64,000 nt of DNA from Pseudomonadota bacterium (lineage in GTDB: Bacteria > Myxococcota_A > UBA9160 > SZUA-336): assembly GCA_003247575.1 (NCBI GenBank), contig QJZC01000058.1:101021-165020 (forward strand), written 5' to 3'. Below are positions 10,350-20,300 of the stretch, piece after piece. Below the pieces are notes generated by a model that had not been told where the DNA came from, searched no databases, and worked only from the letters and a program-made list of their open reading frames with translations. Made by a program: the position numbers and the translations under genes. The first letter of the stretch is position 1; every line of letters begins with the position of its first letter.

Positions 10350-11399
10350 ATGCTCTTCTGGTTGGGACAAGAACTTTCTGACGTCTGGGGCCCCTTCCGC
10401 CTGCTCACCTCCTATCTCTTCCTGGCGGGCTCGGGGGCTGCAACGGCTGCCGCACTGACCTGGATCCTTCTCCCGAAGATATGGGGTCTTCTGCCTACAG
10501 ACCAAGGCAGAGCGCACGCTGTCGGCGCGGAGGGCAGCATCGGCAAGCCCGTAGCAGCGGGCGCGATCTTCATCCCGCTCTTTCTGGTGATCGCACTGCT
10601 GTTCGTCCCTTGGAGCGCGCGCATTCTGGAGGCCCTGGCATGCGTGCTGGCAGCGATGTTGGTGGGGTTCATCGACGACCGCACGCGTGGGGGCCTCAGC
10701 GAGTACGTGCTCGCCGTCTTCGATGCCGCGATCGCCGTCGCAGGCGCAGCCATCGTGTGTCAGTTCGAGAGCACGCGCCTGTGGCTCCCGTTCCTCTCGG
10801 GCGCGATCGAGATCTCGCCGGTGTTCGCGATCCCGGCGGGGGCCGGTCTGATCTGGGTTTCGATCAACGCCACGAATTGCTCCGATGGAGTCGATGGCCT
10901 CTCGGGCAGCCTGTGCGCGCTGGCGTTCATCTTCCTCGGAGTCATCCTCTATGGGATCGTCGGCCACCTCGAGATCTCTGCGTACTTGCTCGTGCCGCAC
11001 TATCCCCGCGCCGCCCAGTGGGCCATGCTCGCGTTCATCATGGTCGGCTGCCTGACGGGCTACCTCTGGTACAACGCTCCCCCGAGTGCGGTCCTGATGG
11101 GCGACGCCGGATCGCGGCCGCTGGGACTCCTCGTCGGACTGCTCGTGCTCGCCAGCGGAAACCCCTTCCTGATCTTCGTCGTCGCGGGTGTCGTCGTGGC
11201 GAACGGAGCCACCGGTCTACTCAAGGTAGCTCTACTGCGCTTCCTGAACATCGGGATCTTTCGCAGTGTCCGCTACCCCCTACACGACCATGTGCGCCAC
11301 AAGTATGGTTGGTCGAACACTCAAGTCCTGGTACGTTTCATGCTCGTGCAAGCCGTCGCCACGCCCTTGCTACTCATGGTCCTCATGAAGATCCGCTGA
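10350..11399 (+). CDS. MraY-like polyprenyl-phosphate sugar-phosphate transferase (glycosyltransferase family 4 paralogue)
   Basis: Track ORF 10128-11399; ATG at 10350 (MLFWLGQELSD...) matches MraY-type N-termini. Motifs GFIDD, NATNCSDGVDGLSG, MGDAGSRPLG and PLHDHVRHKYGWS (MraY has PxHHHFE here). About 10 hydrophobic spans. No mur/fts neighbours. Confidence 0.8.
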   Translation: MLFWLGQELSDVWGPFRLLTSYLFLAGSGAATAAALTWILLPKIWGLLPTDQGRAHAVGAEGSIGKPVAAGAIFIPLFLVIALLFVPWSARILEALACVLAAMLVGFIDDRTRGGLSEYVLAVFDAAIAVAGAAIVCQFESTRLWLPFLSGAIEISPVFAIPAGAGLIWVSINATNCSDGVDGLSGSLCALAFIFLGVILYGIVGHLEISAYLLVPHYPRAAQWAMLAFIMVGCLTGYLWYNAPPSAVLMGDAGSRPLGLLVGLLVLASGNPFLIFVVAGVVVANGATGLLKVALLRFLNIGIFRSVRYPLHDHVRHKYGWSNTQVLVRFMLVQAVATPLLLMVLMKIR

Positions 11400-12589
11400 T
11401 GGATCGATCTCTCCCACGCACTCCGTCCCGCGGCTCGCGGCTGCTGATCGGGTCGCTCTGCATACCCACCGCGATGGTTGTCGCGGTCACTACAGCCATC
11501 CTGTTGGCAAGCAGTAGACCGACCTACGCACAGTCCTCCTCCGCCGTGCAGGACGATGGCCGTGCCGGCGAAGTCAGTGGACGAGCAGACGACTCGCGGC
11601 TGCGAGTCGGGATTCGCGAAGCCCCACCCTTTGCCATTCGCGAGCCGGACGGCTCCTGGTCGGGAATCGCGGTCGAGCTGTGGAAGGCGGTCGCGACCGA
11701 CCTGGGCCGCAGCTTCCAGCTCGAAGAGCGCGAGCTCGAAGAGCTGTTCTCGGGCCTCGCGTCTGGAGAGCTTCAGGTAGCCATCGGTGCACTCACGGTG
11801 ACACGGGGTCGTGAGACACGAGCAGACTTCACCCACCCGTTCTACAGCTCGGGTCTCGGTATCGCGGTGCGCACCCAGGGCGGCAACCCGCTTGCTGGCG
11901 TCGTCGCGCGTGTCTTCTCCACCGCGTTCCTGCAGGCACTCGCGGCGCTCGTGTTCGTACTGCTGTTCACAGGGCTGCTCATGTGGGTGGTGGAACGGAA
12001 GCGAAATCCGGAAGAGTTCGGAGGCAGCGCCCTGCGTGGCATTGCGGAGGGCTTCTGGTGGTCTGCCGTAACCATGACGACGGTCGGCTACGGCGACCGC
12101 ACCCCGCGCAGCGGCATCGGGCGCTTGATCGCGCTCGTATGGATGTTCGCCAGCGTGATCACGATCTCGGGGTTCACGGCCGCGATCGCCTCGACCTTGA
12201 CGATCGGTAGCCTGGAGTCCGGGGTGCAGGGACCTCAAGACCTGGGAAGCGTGCGCGTGGGCGGAGTCTCCAATACGACCGGGGCGAGCTACCTCGAGTC
12301 CCGAGATCTGCGCGTCCTCGAGTACGAGAACACCCGCGCCGCGCTCGAGGCTCTCTCCGGCGGAGAGGTCGAGGCCGTCGTACAGGACGAACCGATCCTA
12401 CGCTACTGGGCCCGCCGCGACTTCGAAAGCAAGGTCCAGCTCCTAGCCAGCACGTTCGAGCCCCAGCAGTACGCGATCGCCCTGCGCAACGAGAGCGAGC
12501 TACGCGAGGCGGCGACCCGAGCCGTCCTCGCAACCCTCGAAAGCCCGCTCTGGCAGCGAATCCTACGCAGCTATCTCGGGGGCGACTGA
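11399..12589 (+). CDS. GluR0-type ligand-gated potassium channel (periplasmic binding-protein lobes flanking a K+ pore)
   Basis: This is the C-terminal 396 codons of track ORF 10481-12589. ATG at 11399 overlaps the upstream stop (TGATG). Layout: SBP-like lobe 1 (LRVGIREAPPFAI...FTHPFYSSGLGIAV), M1, pore with TTVGYGD (12077-12097), M2, then lobe 2 (VGGVSNTTGASYL...AVVQDEPIL). Confidence 0.85.
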   Translation: MDRSLPRTPSRGSRLLIGSLCIPTAMVVAVTTAILLASSRPTYAQSSSAVQDDGRAGEVSGRADDSRLRVGIREAPPFAIREPDGSWSGIAVELWKAVATDLGRSFQLEERELEELFSGLASGELQVAIGALTVTRGRETRADFTHPFYSSGLGIAVRTQGGNPLAGVVARVFSTAFLQALAALVFVLLFTGLLMWVVERKRNPEEFGGSALRGIAEGFWWSAVTMTTVGYGDRTPRSGIGRLIALVWMFASVITISGFTAAIASTLTIGSLESGVQGPQDLGSVRVGGVSNTTGASYLESRDLRVLEYENTRAALEALSGGEVEAVVQDEPILRYWARRDFESKVQLLASTFEPQQYAIALRNESELREAATRAVLATLESPLWQRILRSYLGGD

Positions 12590-12597
12590 GGCCCACA

Positions 12598-13311
12598 CTA
12601 GCGCGGCGAATGGGCCGCCAGATGCCGAACCGTCTGATCCTGCCGTCGTGCGAGATCGAACAGCATACGTCGCGCAAGAAGCGATGCCGCCACCCCGGCA
12701 GAAGACCCTAGAACCACCAACAGACTCAGCAGGTCCCTGGACGCAGGGGTCGCCACGCTCGAGAAGCTCACCATCCGATCGAGAAAGTTCATCGCGATCC
12801 AGAGGATCCACCAGAGCTTGAGATAGGCGGGCGTCGCCGGCGCGCCGACGGGATCGACTGCGCTGCACTCGAATACGTTGCGCACGGCGCGATACGGGAT
12901 CAGCAGGTTCGCGAACGGCACGAAGAACCACCAGATCATCGAACTTGGACTGAAGGCGACCTCACGGATGCCGAAGGCGCGAGCGTTCTGATTGGCTCTA
13001 TACAAGAAGCGAGCAAACAGGAAGGTCGTGACGAGGAACAGCACGATGCCGAAACCGCCCAGCCAGAGCTCCGCAGGTCCTTTGTCCTGGTCGCCACCCG
13101 CCTCGAGCAGACCGAGCACGCCATCGAGATGCCCCTGCAGCACGGACACACAGAGCACTACCGCGAATGCCGCGTAAACCTGCAGCCAGAAGCCGAGAAC
13201 GTGCGCCTGCCCCTGTAGCGATCGATAGGGGGGCGGTTCGAGCGCCGGCGCGGACTCGACCACGGAGCTCGGCGGCTGGTAGGGATTCGAGAGTTGTGAT
13301 GTAGCCGACAT
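12598..13311 (-). CDS. DUF4328-like integral membrane protein
   Basis: Track ORF 12598-13344. ATG at 13311 gives MSATSQLSNPYQPP.... SSMIWWFFVPFANLLIPYRAVRNVFE resembles the DUF4328 signature. Has 4-5 hydrophobic spans. Confidence 0.65.
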   Translation of the reverse strand: MSATSQLSNPYQPPSSVVESAPALEPPPYRSLQGQAHVLGFWLQVYAAFAVVLCVSVLQGHLDGVLGLLEAGGDQDKGPAELWLGGFGIVLFLVTTFLFARFLYRANQNARAFGIREVAFSPSSMIWWFFVPFANLLIPYRAVRNVFECSAVDPVGAPATPAYLKLWWILWIAMNFLDRMVSFSSVATPASRDLLSLLVVLGSSAGVAASLLARRMLFDLARRQDQTVRHLAAHSPR

Positions 13312-13413
13312 CCCGAATCCATTATCCGGACTCGTCCGCCGCACGACAACTCAGACGGTGCTCCCGAGCGGGTCTGATCCCAAGCCAGATGGCCCCCCGA
13401 GCGCCTCGCTGGG

Positions 13414-14259
13414 TCAGAATCCCTTGCTGCGCACCGACTCCACACGCGAGTCGCTCGCAGCTGCCGGGCTGGGCCCGAAGAGCGCGGCGCGGGCGTCGGG
13501 GTCCGCATAGAGGACGGCCTGCGTGTACGCGGCCACGAGGGCTGCGTAGAGGCCTCCATTCCCGGTCGGAGAGCCGACGCCCGTATGCGTGGCTCCCTTC
13601 ACCGAGAGCTGCGTCACCGGCACGTTCGCCTGATTGAAGAGACCGGATCCGTTGGCGCGCGAGCGACTGGCCCCACAAGGTGCGAGCCGATCATCCGAGC
13701 CACACAGCACCAGTGCAGGCCCCACCATGTCGCGACCATCGGACCGAGCCGTGAAGCGATTGTCCGGCTGCACCGCGATCGTGCAGACCACGCGTTCGTT
13801 GATCCGCGAAGCATTCACCGCTCCAGAGCCGCCCTGGGAGTGACCAGCGGCGCAGAAGCGATCCTGCACGTTGAACCCGCCGCTCGCGAGCTGATCGATG
13901 CAGTCGGAGAGGTCCGTTCCGTCGCCCGCCTGGGGCGAGTTCGCAGCCGTGACCTGTACGCCGAAGGAAGCGATACGAGTGAGGAGACCGGCGTACGTAC
14001 TCGGCGAGGCTCCGGTCCCGTTCGCCCAGCCCAGGCCTGGCTTGGGATCTCCAGCAGTCGAGCTCAGGAAGAGGGTGCAGCGGCCCGAGCGCAGGATCCG
14101 CACCGGTTGGGGCCCGAGCTGCTCGAACTTCGTGATCCCCACCGGCCGGCTCGCGCCACGCCCCAGGAACAGACCGTCCTCATCGCAGGCGGTCAGCAAG
14201 GCCGCACTCGCTGCTGCCAAGGCGCTTGCGACTGCACGACGCCGAATCAGACCGCTCAT
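13414..14259 (-). CDS. Lipoprotein alpha/beta hydrolase (lipase/cutinase/dienelactone-hydrolase-like)
   Basis: Track ORF 13414-14361. ATG at 14259 gives MSGLIRRRAV...ALLTAC (lipobox). Nucleophile elbow AAGHSQGGSG. A later GSDD and an ATHTG-containing segment are consistent with the Asp/His of a triad. It starts about 50 nt after the PKS stop. Confidence 0.75.
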   Translation of the reverse strand: MSGLIRRRAVASALAAASAALLTACDEDGLFLGRGASRPVGITKFEQLGPQPVRILRSGRCTLFLSSTAGDPKPGLGWANGTGASPSTYAGLLTRIASFGVQVTAANSPQAGDGTDLSDCIDQLASGGFNVQDRFCAAGHSQGGSGAVNASRINERVVCTIAVQPDNRFTARSDGRDMVGPALVLCGSDDRLAPCGASRSRANGSGLFNQANVPVTQLSVKGATHTGVGSPTGNGGLYAALVAAYTQAVLYADPDARAALFGPSPAAASDSRVESVRSKGF

Positions 14260-14312
14260 ACCCCCAGGCGTACCCGACACAACGCTACAGAGCAAGCGCG
14301 AAAGACGAGCAC

Positions 14313-17300
14313 CTAGTGCAGATCCGCCCGCTGGGACGGGCGCGTGACCGGTACGGTCCACTCAGCCGGAGCCGAGCGCATCAGGATCACCTCCACGTGA
14401 GCGCGCTCGCCGAATCGAAGCTCGTCGAGCAGGCACTGGACGCCGTCTTCGGGGTCGATCAGGCCGATCCCGCGGCGCGCATATTCACGTTCGAGCTCCG
14501 GAGAGACCATGCCGCCTCCGGCCCAGGGTCCCCAGGCCATCGTCACGACGCGCGCCCCCACTCGTTCCGCAAGTTGGCGCGAGTAGAGCGACAGAGCTTC
14601 GTTCGCGGCGGCATAATCGACCTGCCCACGGTTCCCGAACGTGCCTGCGACGCTGCCGAAGCTGACGAAGAACGCGAGGTCCGGGCGAAGCTCCGTGGCG
14701 AGGGTGCGGAACGCGCTCACCTTGGTTTCGAAGACACGCCGGAACGACTCCACGGTCTTGTCACGAATGAGCTTGTCCTCGAGCACGCCGGCCGCGTGAA
14801 CGACGCCATCGATGCGTCCGCGCTGCGTGTAGACCGCTCGAAGGACCGCCGCCAACGCATGTGGATCGCGCACGTCCACGCGGTGGTACTCGACACTCGC
14901 GGCGAGCTCCTCGAGAGCCGCGAGATTCGCCCGGATCTCGCGCGCGGCCAGCACCCTCGCCACTTCGGCCTCGATCTCTGCGGGCTTCCGAAGCCCGGCC
15001 GCTTCGATGATGGCGCGGCGCAGCTCGGGGGCGCCGGTCGCATGCGCGTAGTTCTCGGGCTCGGGCTCGCTCGGAAGCGCCGAACGACCGCAGAGCACGA
15101 CGTGGGCTCCGCTCCGCTCCGCGAGCGCGAGTGCAGCCCGGGCGCCGATCCCACGTGCTCCGCCGGTCACAAGAATCACGGCATCCGAGCCGAGCTGGAG
15201 CTGGTCGGAACGGGTCACATCGAGAGGCTCTTCCCGCAATAGCAGGGTCCGCCGCACGCCACCGGCACAGCCGACGTCCACACGATGATCCCCGTGCGAG
15301 AGCTCCGCGAGCAGTGCTTTCGCAATCGAATTCGGTGCATCCTCGGGATCCAGGTCGACAGCGCTCACGTGCGTGTCGGGGAACTCGCGGGCCAAGGTCC
15401 GGACGAGCCCGCGCACGCCGGCCGCCGCCTCGACCTCGCTCGCACGTAGCCCGTGCAGCAGCCCGAAACCACCTCCGAGACCCGTCGCTACGACCAGCTC
15501 GGTCGCGTAGGTCAGGGCACCACGCTTCAGATCCACGAAGATTCGATCCACCGGATAGCGCGGGCTCGCGCTCAACGCCCCGAGGTGTATCCAGGCTTCC
15601 CCTTCGGAGGCGGGATCGTCGGCTCCACACTCCGACACTCGCCCTCCACTCTGCTCGATCTGGAGCTCGAGCGCCTTCCGAAGCTCCTCCGCTCCACCGA
15701 GGATCCGGATGCTGCGCCCAGCCAGCGCCCGAGAGCCATCGGCACGGGATCCACGCGCAGCGATCTCTCCCGCCAGAGCCAGCTCGTAGCGAAAGCGGAG
15801 CGTACTTCCAGGCACCACGCGACCCGAGTCGATCTCCACCGGCTCCGGGGACGGACTTCGTGTGTCCAACACTGAGTTCGGCGAATCTTCGACCCCAGCC
15901 TGATCGGACTCGCGCGGTTCCTCCCCGTGCGCGTCGATCCAAGAGACCACCGCGCGCAACGTCTTGAGTCGAGCCAGCTCTTCGACGACGGCCTCGTCCA
16001 GCTCGCCATCTGCACCTCCCGGAAGCGCGACCCGTTCGGCAAGCTCTGCCAGGATCTCCATGCGCTTGATCGAATCGATGCTCAGGTCCGCTTCGAGATC
16101 CAGGTCGGGCTCGAGCATCTCGGCCGGGTATCCAGTCCGCTCGCTCACGATCTCGAGCACGGCTCGCATCAGCGCATCGCCGCTCAGGGTCGGATTCGCG
16201 GGCGCAGCGAGCTCATCGGGCGACGGCAGTGCTGAAGCAGCCGCTTCGGATGACGACGCGAAGGCGTGCGCGCCTGGAGTGGCGATCGGGCTCCCGCTCG
16301 CGGCGACTGCGGCGCGCTCCCGGGGTGCGGCAACCTCGGAGACCACCCGGACCTCGATCGGCTCTCCCAGATACCCCAGCATGACCTCACGCTGAGCAGA
16401 GATCAACTCGCGCATACCACGCAGGTACGTCTGTACGGCGACCTCACGATCGTCGCTTCCCGACTGCGACCCAGTGCGGGTGAGGACCACCGGAACGAGA
16501 GCGTTCGCAGGCCGCAGAGCCCCTTCGACCACCTCGCCGGAAGCGTCGCGCACAGTAAATCCGTTCAGCCGGTAGTGAGGCCGCGTCGCCGCGATGAGCG
16601 CCGAGTCGAGCTGGCACGCGCTGCGCCCTTCGAAGAGCGCCTGCGTGCGAATCGGTACGTCGAGCACCGCGAGTCGAGCAACGGCCCGCAAGACGGACTC
16701 GAGCGCGGGCTCACCGGGGACGTCGCAGCACACCGTGACGTGCGGTCGCTCTCCCAGAACCTTCTTCACCAAGCCCGTGAGCACCCGCCCGGGGCCTGCC
16801 TCGACGAAGATCCTGACCCCGTCCGCGTACATGTTCTCGATCTCTTCGCGAAACCGGACTGGACGCGCGACCTGCTGAGCCAGCAGCTCGGCCAGCGCAT
16901 CTGGATCGCGCGGATACTCTCGCGCGTTGCTGTTCGACCAAACCGGAAACTCGGGCGCCTGGACGCGAGTCTCGGCCAGACGTTTGCCCAGGCGCTCGGC
17001 TGCACCCGCCACGATCGGACTGTGGAATGCGCACGCGACCGGCAGCCGCCGTGCCGCGAATCCGGCGAGCTCCAGGAGCTCGAGCGCGCGGTCGATCGCT
17101 TCCGTGGTGCCCGAGATCACGATCTGGCGAGGGGCATTGTCGTTGGCGAGCACGACGTCGGAGACTCCCTCGAGCGCTAGCTCCACCTCGCCCGCGGATG
17201 CCTGCACAGCTACCATCGCGCCGGGATCGGCTCCCGCCGCCTCCAGGATCGCCAGAGCACGCTCGGAGCTCAGGGTGACGAGATCGGCTGGGGAGAAAGC

Positions 17301-20300
17301 TCCGGCAGCGCACAAGGCCACCAGCTCGCCATAGCTGTGCCCGGCGGCTACATCGGGCCGGATGCCGAACTCGCCGAGCAGAGCGTTGATCGCGAGCCCC
17401 ATGATACCGAGCGCCGGCTGCGCCACGCGCGTGTCGGTGACCGCCTGCTGCTGCGCTCGCTGCTCCTCGGGCGCGAACGCGGATGCGGGAAAGACGAGGT
17501 CTGTATACTCGGGCGCCAGCTCGAGGAAGCCTTGCAATTCGGGGAAGGCCACGAAGAGATCGGCGAGCATGCCCACACGCTGGCTGCCCTGCCCCGGAAA
17601 CAGGAAGCCGATCTTGCCTCGCCCGCTTTCCGAGCCAGCCTGCGGGCTGGCGATCGATGCCGCCGCGGCAGGATCGATCGCGTCCTCGCGGACGAATACG
17701 TTCGGCGCGCTACGGAACGCGGCCATCGGCTCCAGCTGATCGCGTAGCTCGTCCAGGCTCGAGGCGAGGGCGGCGATCTGAACCGGCGCCGCGGATCGTG
17801 TCGCGCAGGTGTAGGCGATGTCGCGTAGTCGCCACGGCCTCCCGAGCTGATCGTTTCGATCGAGTAGGCTGCGGAGCGCTGCCACCGAAGCCCGTGCAGC
17901 CTCGCGATCCTCTCCACACAGCAGCACGATCTCCACAGGCCAGTGCTTCAGGCCGCGCGCGGGCGCGTCCGCACCAGCATATGCGGAGAGCACCGAATGA
18001 AAGTTGCTGCCGCCGAAACCGAACGCACTCACCGCGGCATGCCGCCGTTCCGCGATCCACGGACGCGGCGAATGCGCGAAGTGGAACGGGCTCGTGCGTG
18101 GCTCGTAGTATGGATTCGGATGAGAGAGGTTCGCTGTCGGCGTACGCACGCGCGCGTAGAGTGAAAGCGATGCCTTGATGAGACCTGCGAGTCCCGCGGT
18201 GCACTTGGTGTGGCCGATCTGCGACTTGACCGATCCGAGCGTGCAGCTCGCGGCCTCGGAGCCCGCGTCCAGATAGAGCTCGGTGAGCGCAGCCAACTCC
18301 GTCCGGTCCCCAACCACGGTTCCAGTGCCATGGGCCTCCACCAGCCCCACTTCGCTGGGTGAAATACCCGCCTGCTCGTAGGCTCGAGCGAGCGCGAGCC
18401 GCTGCCCCTCCGGCCGCGGCGCAGTAAGTCCCAGGCTACGACCATCGCTCGAGGCACCCGAGCCACGCAGGACGGCATAGATGCGATCACCATCTCGCTC
18501 CGCATCCTCGAGTCGCTTGAGCACGATACAGGCGACCCCTTCTCCCAACGCAATCCCATCCGCGTCGCGGTCGAAAGTGCGACAGCGACCGCGACGCGAG
18601 AGTGCGTGCACACTGGAGAAGAGCAGGTAGTCTGCGATTCCATTGTGGAGATCCGCCGCTCCGCAGAGCACCATGTCGCAGGCTCCGCTGCGCAGCTCCT
18701 TGCACGACTGATCGACCGCCGCCATCGAGGTCGCACACGCAGCATCGACGGTGAAATTTGCGCCGCCTAGATCCAGCCGATTCGCTATGCGGCCAGCGAT
18801 CACGTTCGTCAAGACACCAGGAAACGAATCCTCCGTCAGGCGCGGAAGCTGAGCATCGAGATCGTCCGGCATTTCGCCACAGAACTGCGTAAACAGGGAG
18901 CGCAGTCCATAGGCGCCGCTCAGATCGGTCCCCGACTCCGCTCCGAAGATGACCGCGGTGCGCGATCGATCGAACTCGCGCTTTGCATATCCTGCGTCCG
19001 AGAGTGCGCGTCGCGCCATCTCCAGGCTGAGCAGCTGCACGGGGTCGATCGAGGCCAAGGAGCGTGGTGGAATTCCATAGTCCAGTGCGTCGAAAGGAAT
19101 CTCGGGCAGGAACCCACCCCACTTCGAGAGCGACTTCTCGCCGGCTCGCTTGCCCGTCGCCTCGGGATCATAGTAGGCGTCGATCGACCAACGCTCGGGT
19201 GGCACCTCGGAGATGGCGTCGTGCCCGTATACGATATTGGACCAGTACGTGTCGACGTCTTCTGCCTGCGGGAAGCATCCCGCCAATCCGACGATTGCAA
19301 TATCGAGTGGGCGTGCGGTCTCGGGAGACTCGAACACAGGCGTCTCGGACGCGAGAAATCGACTCCCGTCGCGGCTCACCCTAGCGTGTAGGTCTGCGAT
19401 GGCGACGACCTCATCATGCAAGGTCGCAATCTGGCCGATCATGAACATGCCATCGCTCAGCTGCTGCTCGGCGCTCACCTCGACGAGCGCTCCGCCATCG
19501 CGGCGCACTCCCTTGGTGGCAATGCGCAGCCGCCCGAGATTCAGCTCCTCGAGCGCAGCCCAGACCTCGTGTACGCTCGCCCCCTTGGCTGCGAGCTCCC
19601 GCTTCTGAGCATAGAACTGCTCGATATATGGGCTGTCGAGCACGCGGATCGCATGTCCCGGAGACGTCTCCAGCAAGACCGTACGCTCGGCCGCACAGAC
19701 CTGCTCCTGAAAGAGAGACTGCACGGCTCCCGAGAGCACGGCCTCGCGCGTCAAGATGTACGCCGACCCCATCAAAACACCGACCTTGGCACCACGCTCT
19801 GCAATCGCACCCGCAAGCGCGGCAACCATTGCCGCAGACCTTGCATCATGGATTCCGCCCGCGAACAGAACACACACGTCGGACAGGTCTCCGTACCGCA
19901 AGAGCTCCTGCGTCTGTGCCTCCCACAAGGCGAAGCTCGAACGCGGTCCAACGTGCCCACCACACTCGCGCCCCTCGAAGACGAAGCGACGTGCGCCGTC
20001 TTTGTAGAAGCTAGCCAGAAGTCCCGACGACGGTACGTGCAGGTAGGTAGGGATCCCGTCCTTCTCGAGCGCGCGCGCCTGCGATGGCCGTCCGCCCGCG
20101 ATCAGCGCGAACGGCGGACGCACACGGCGCACTTCGTCCAGCTGCGCTTCGCGGACCTCGGCAGGTACGAATCCGAGGATCCCGACGCCCCACGGGTTGT
20201 CGCCGAGCTGCGCGACCGTCTCGTCGAGCAACTGGCGTACATCCGAACCGGACATCAGGGCGAGCGCCAAGAATGGGAGGCCACCCGCTTCTGCGACCGC

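Noticed and set aside
10481-11398. First 306 codons of the 702-aa track ORF (10481-12589), which would make a giant fusion protein
   Set aside because: This part overlaps the MraY-like gene in another frame and is Arg/Pro/Gly-rich with no motifs. An ATG with TGATG coupling at 11399 yields a complete GluR0-type protein, so the extension is a high-GC shadow.
12590-12597. An 8-nt gap between the convergent GluR0-type and DUF4328 genes as a regulatory oddity
   Set aside because: Tight convergent packing without a terminator is common in compact high-GC genomes. There is no structure to analyse.
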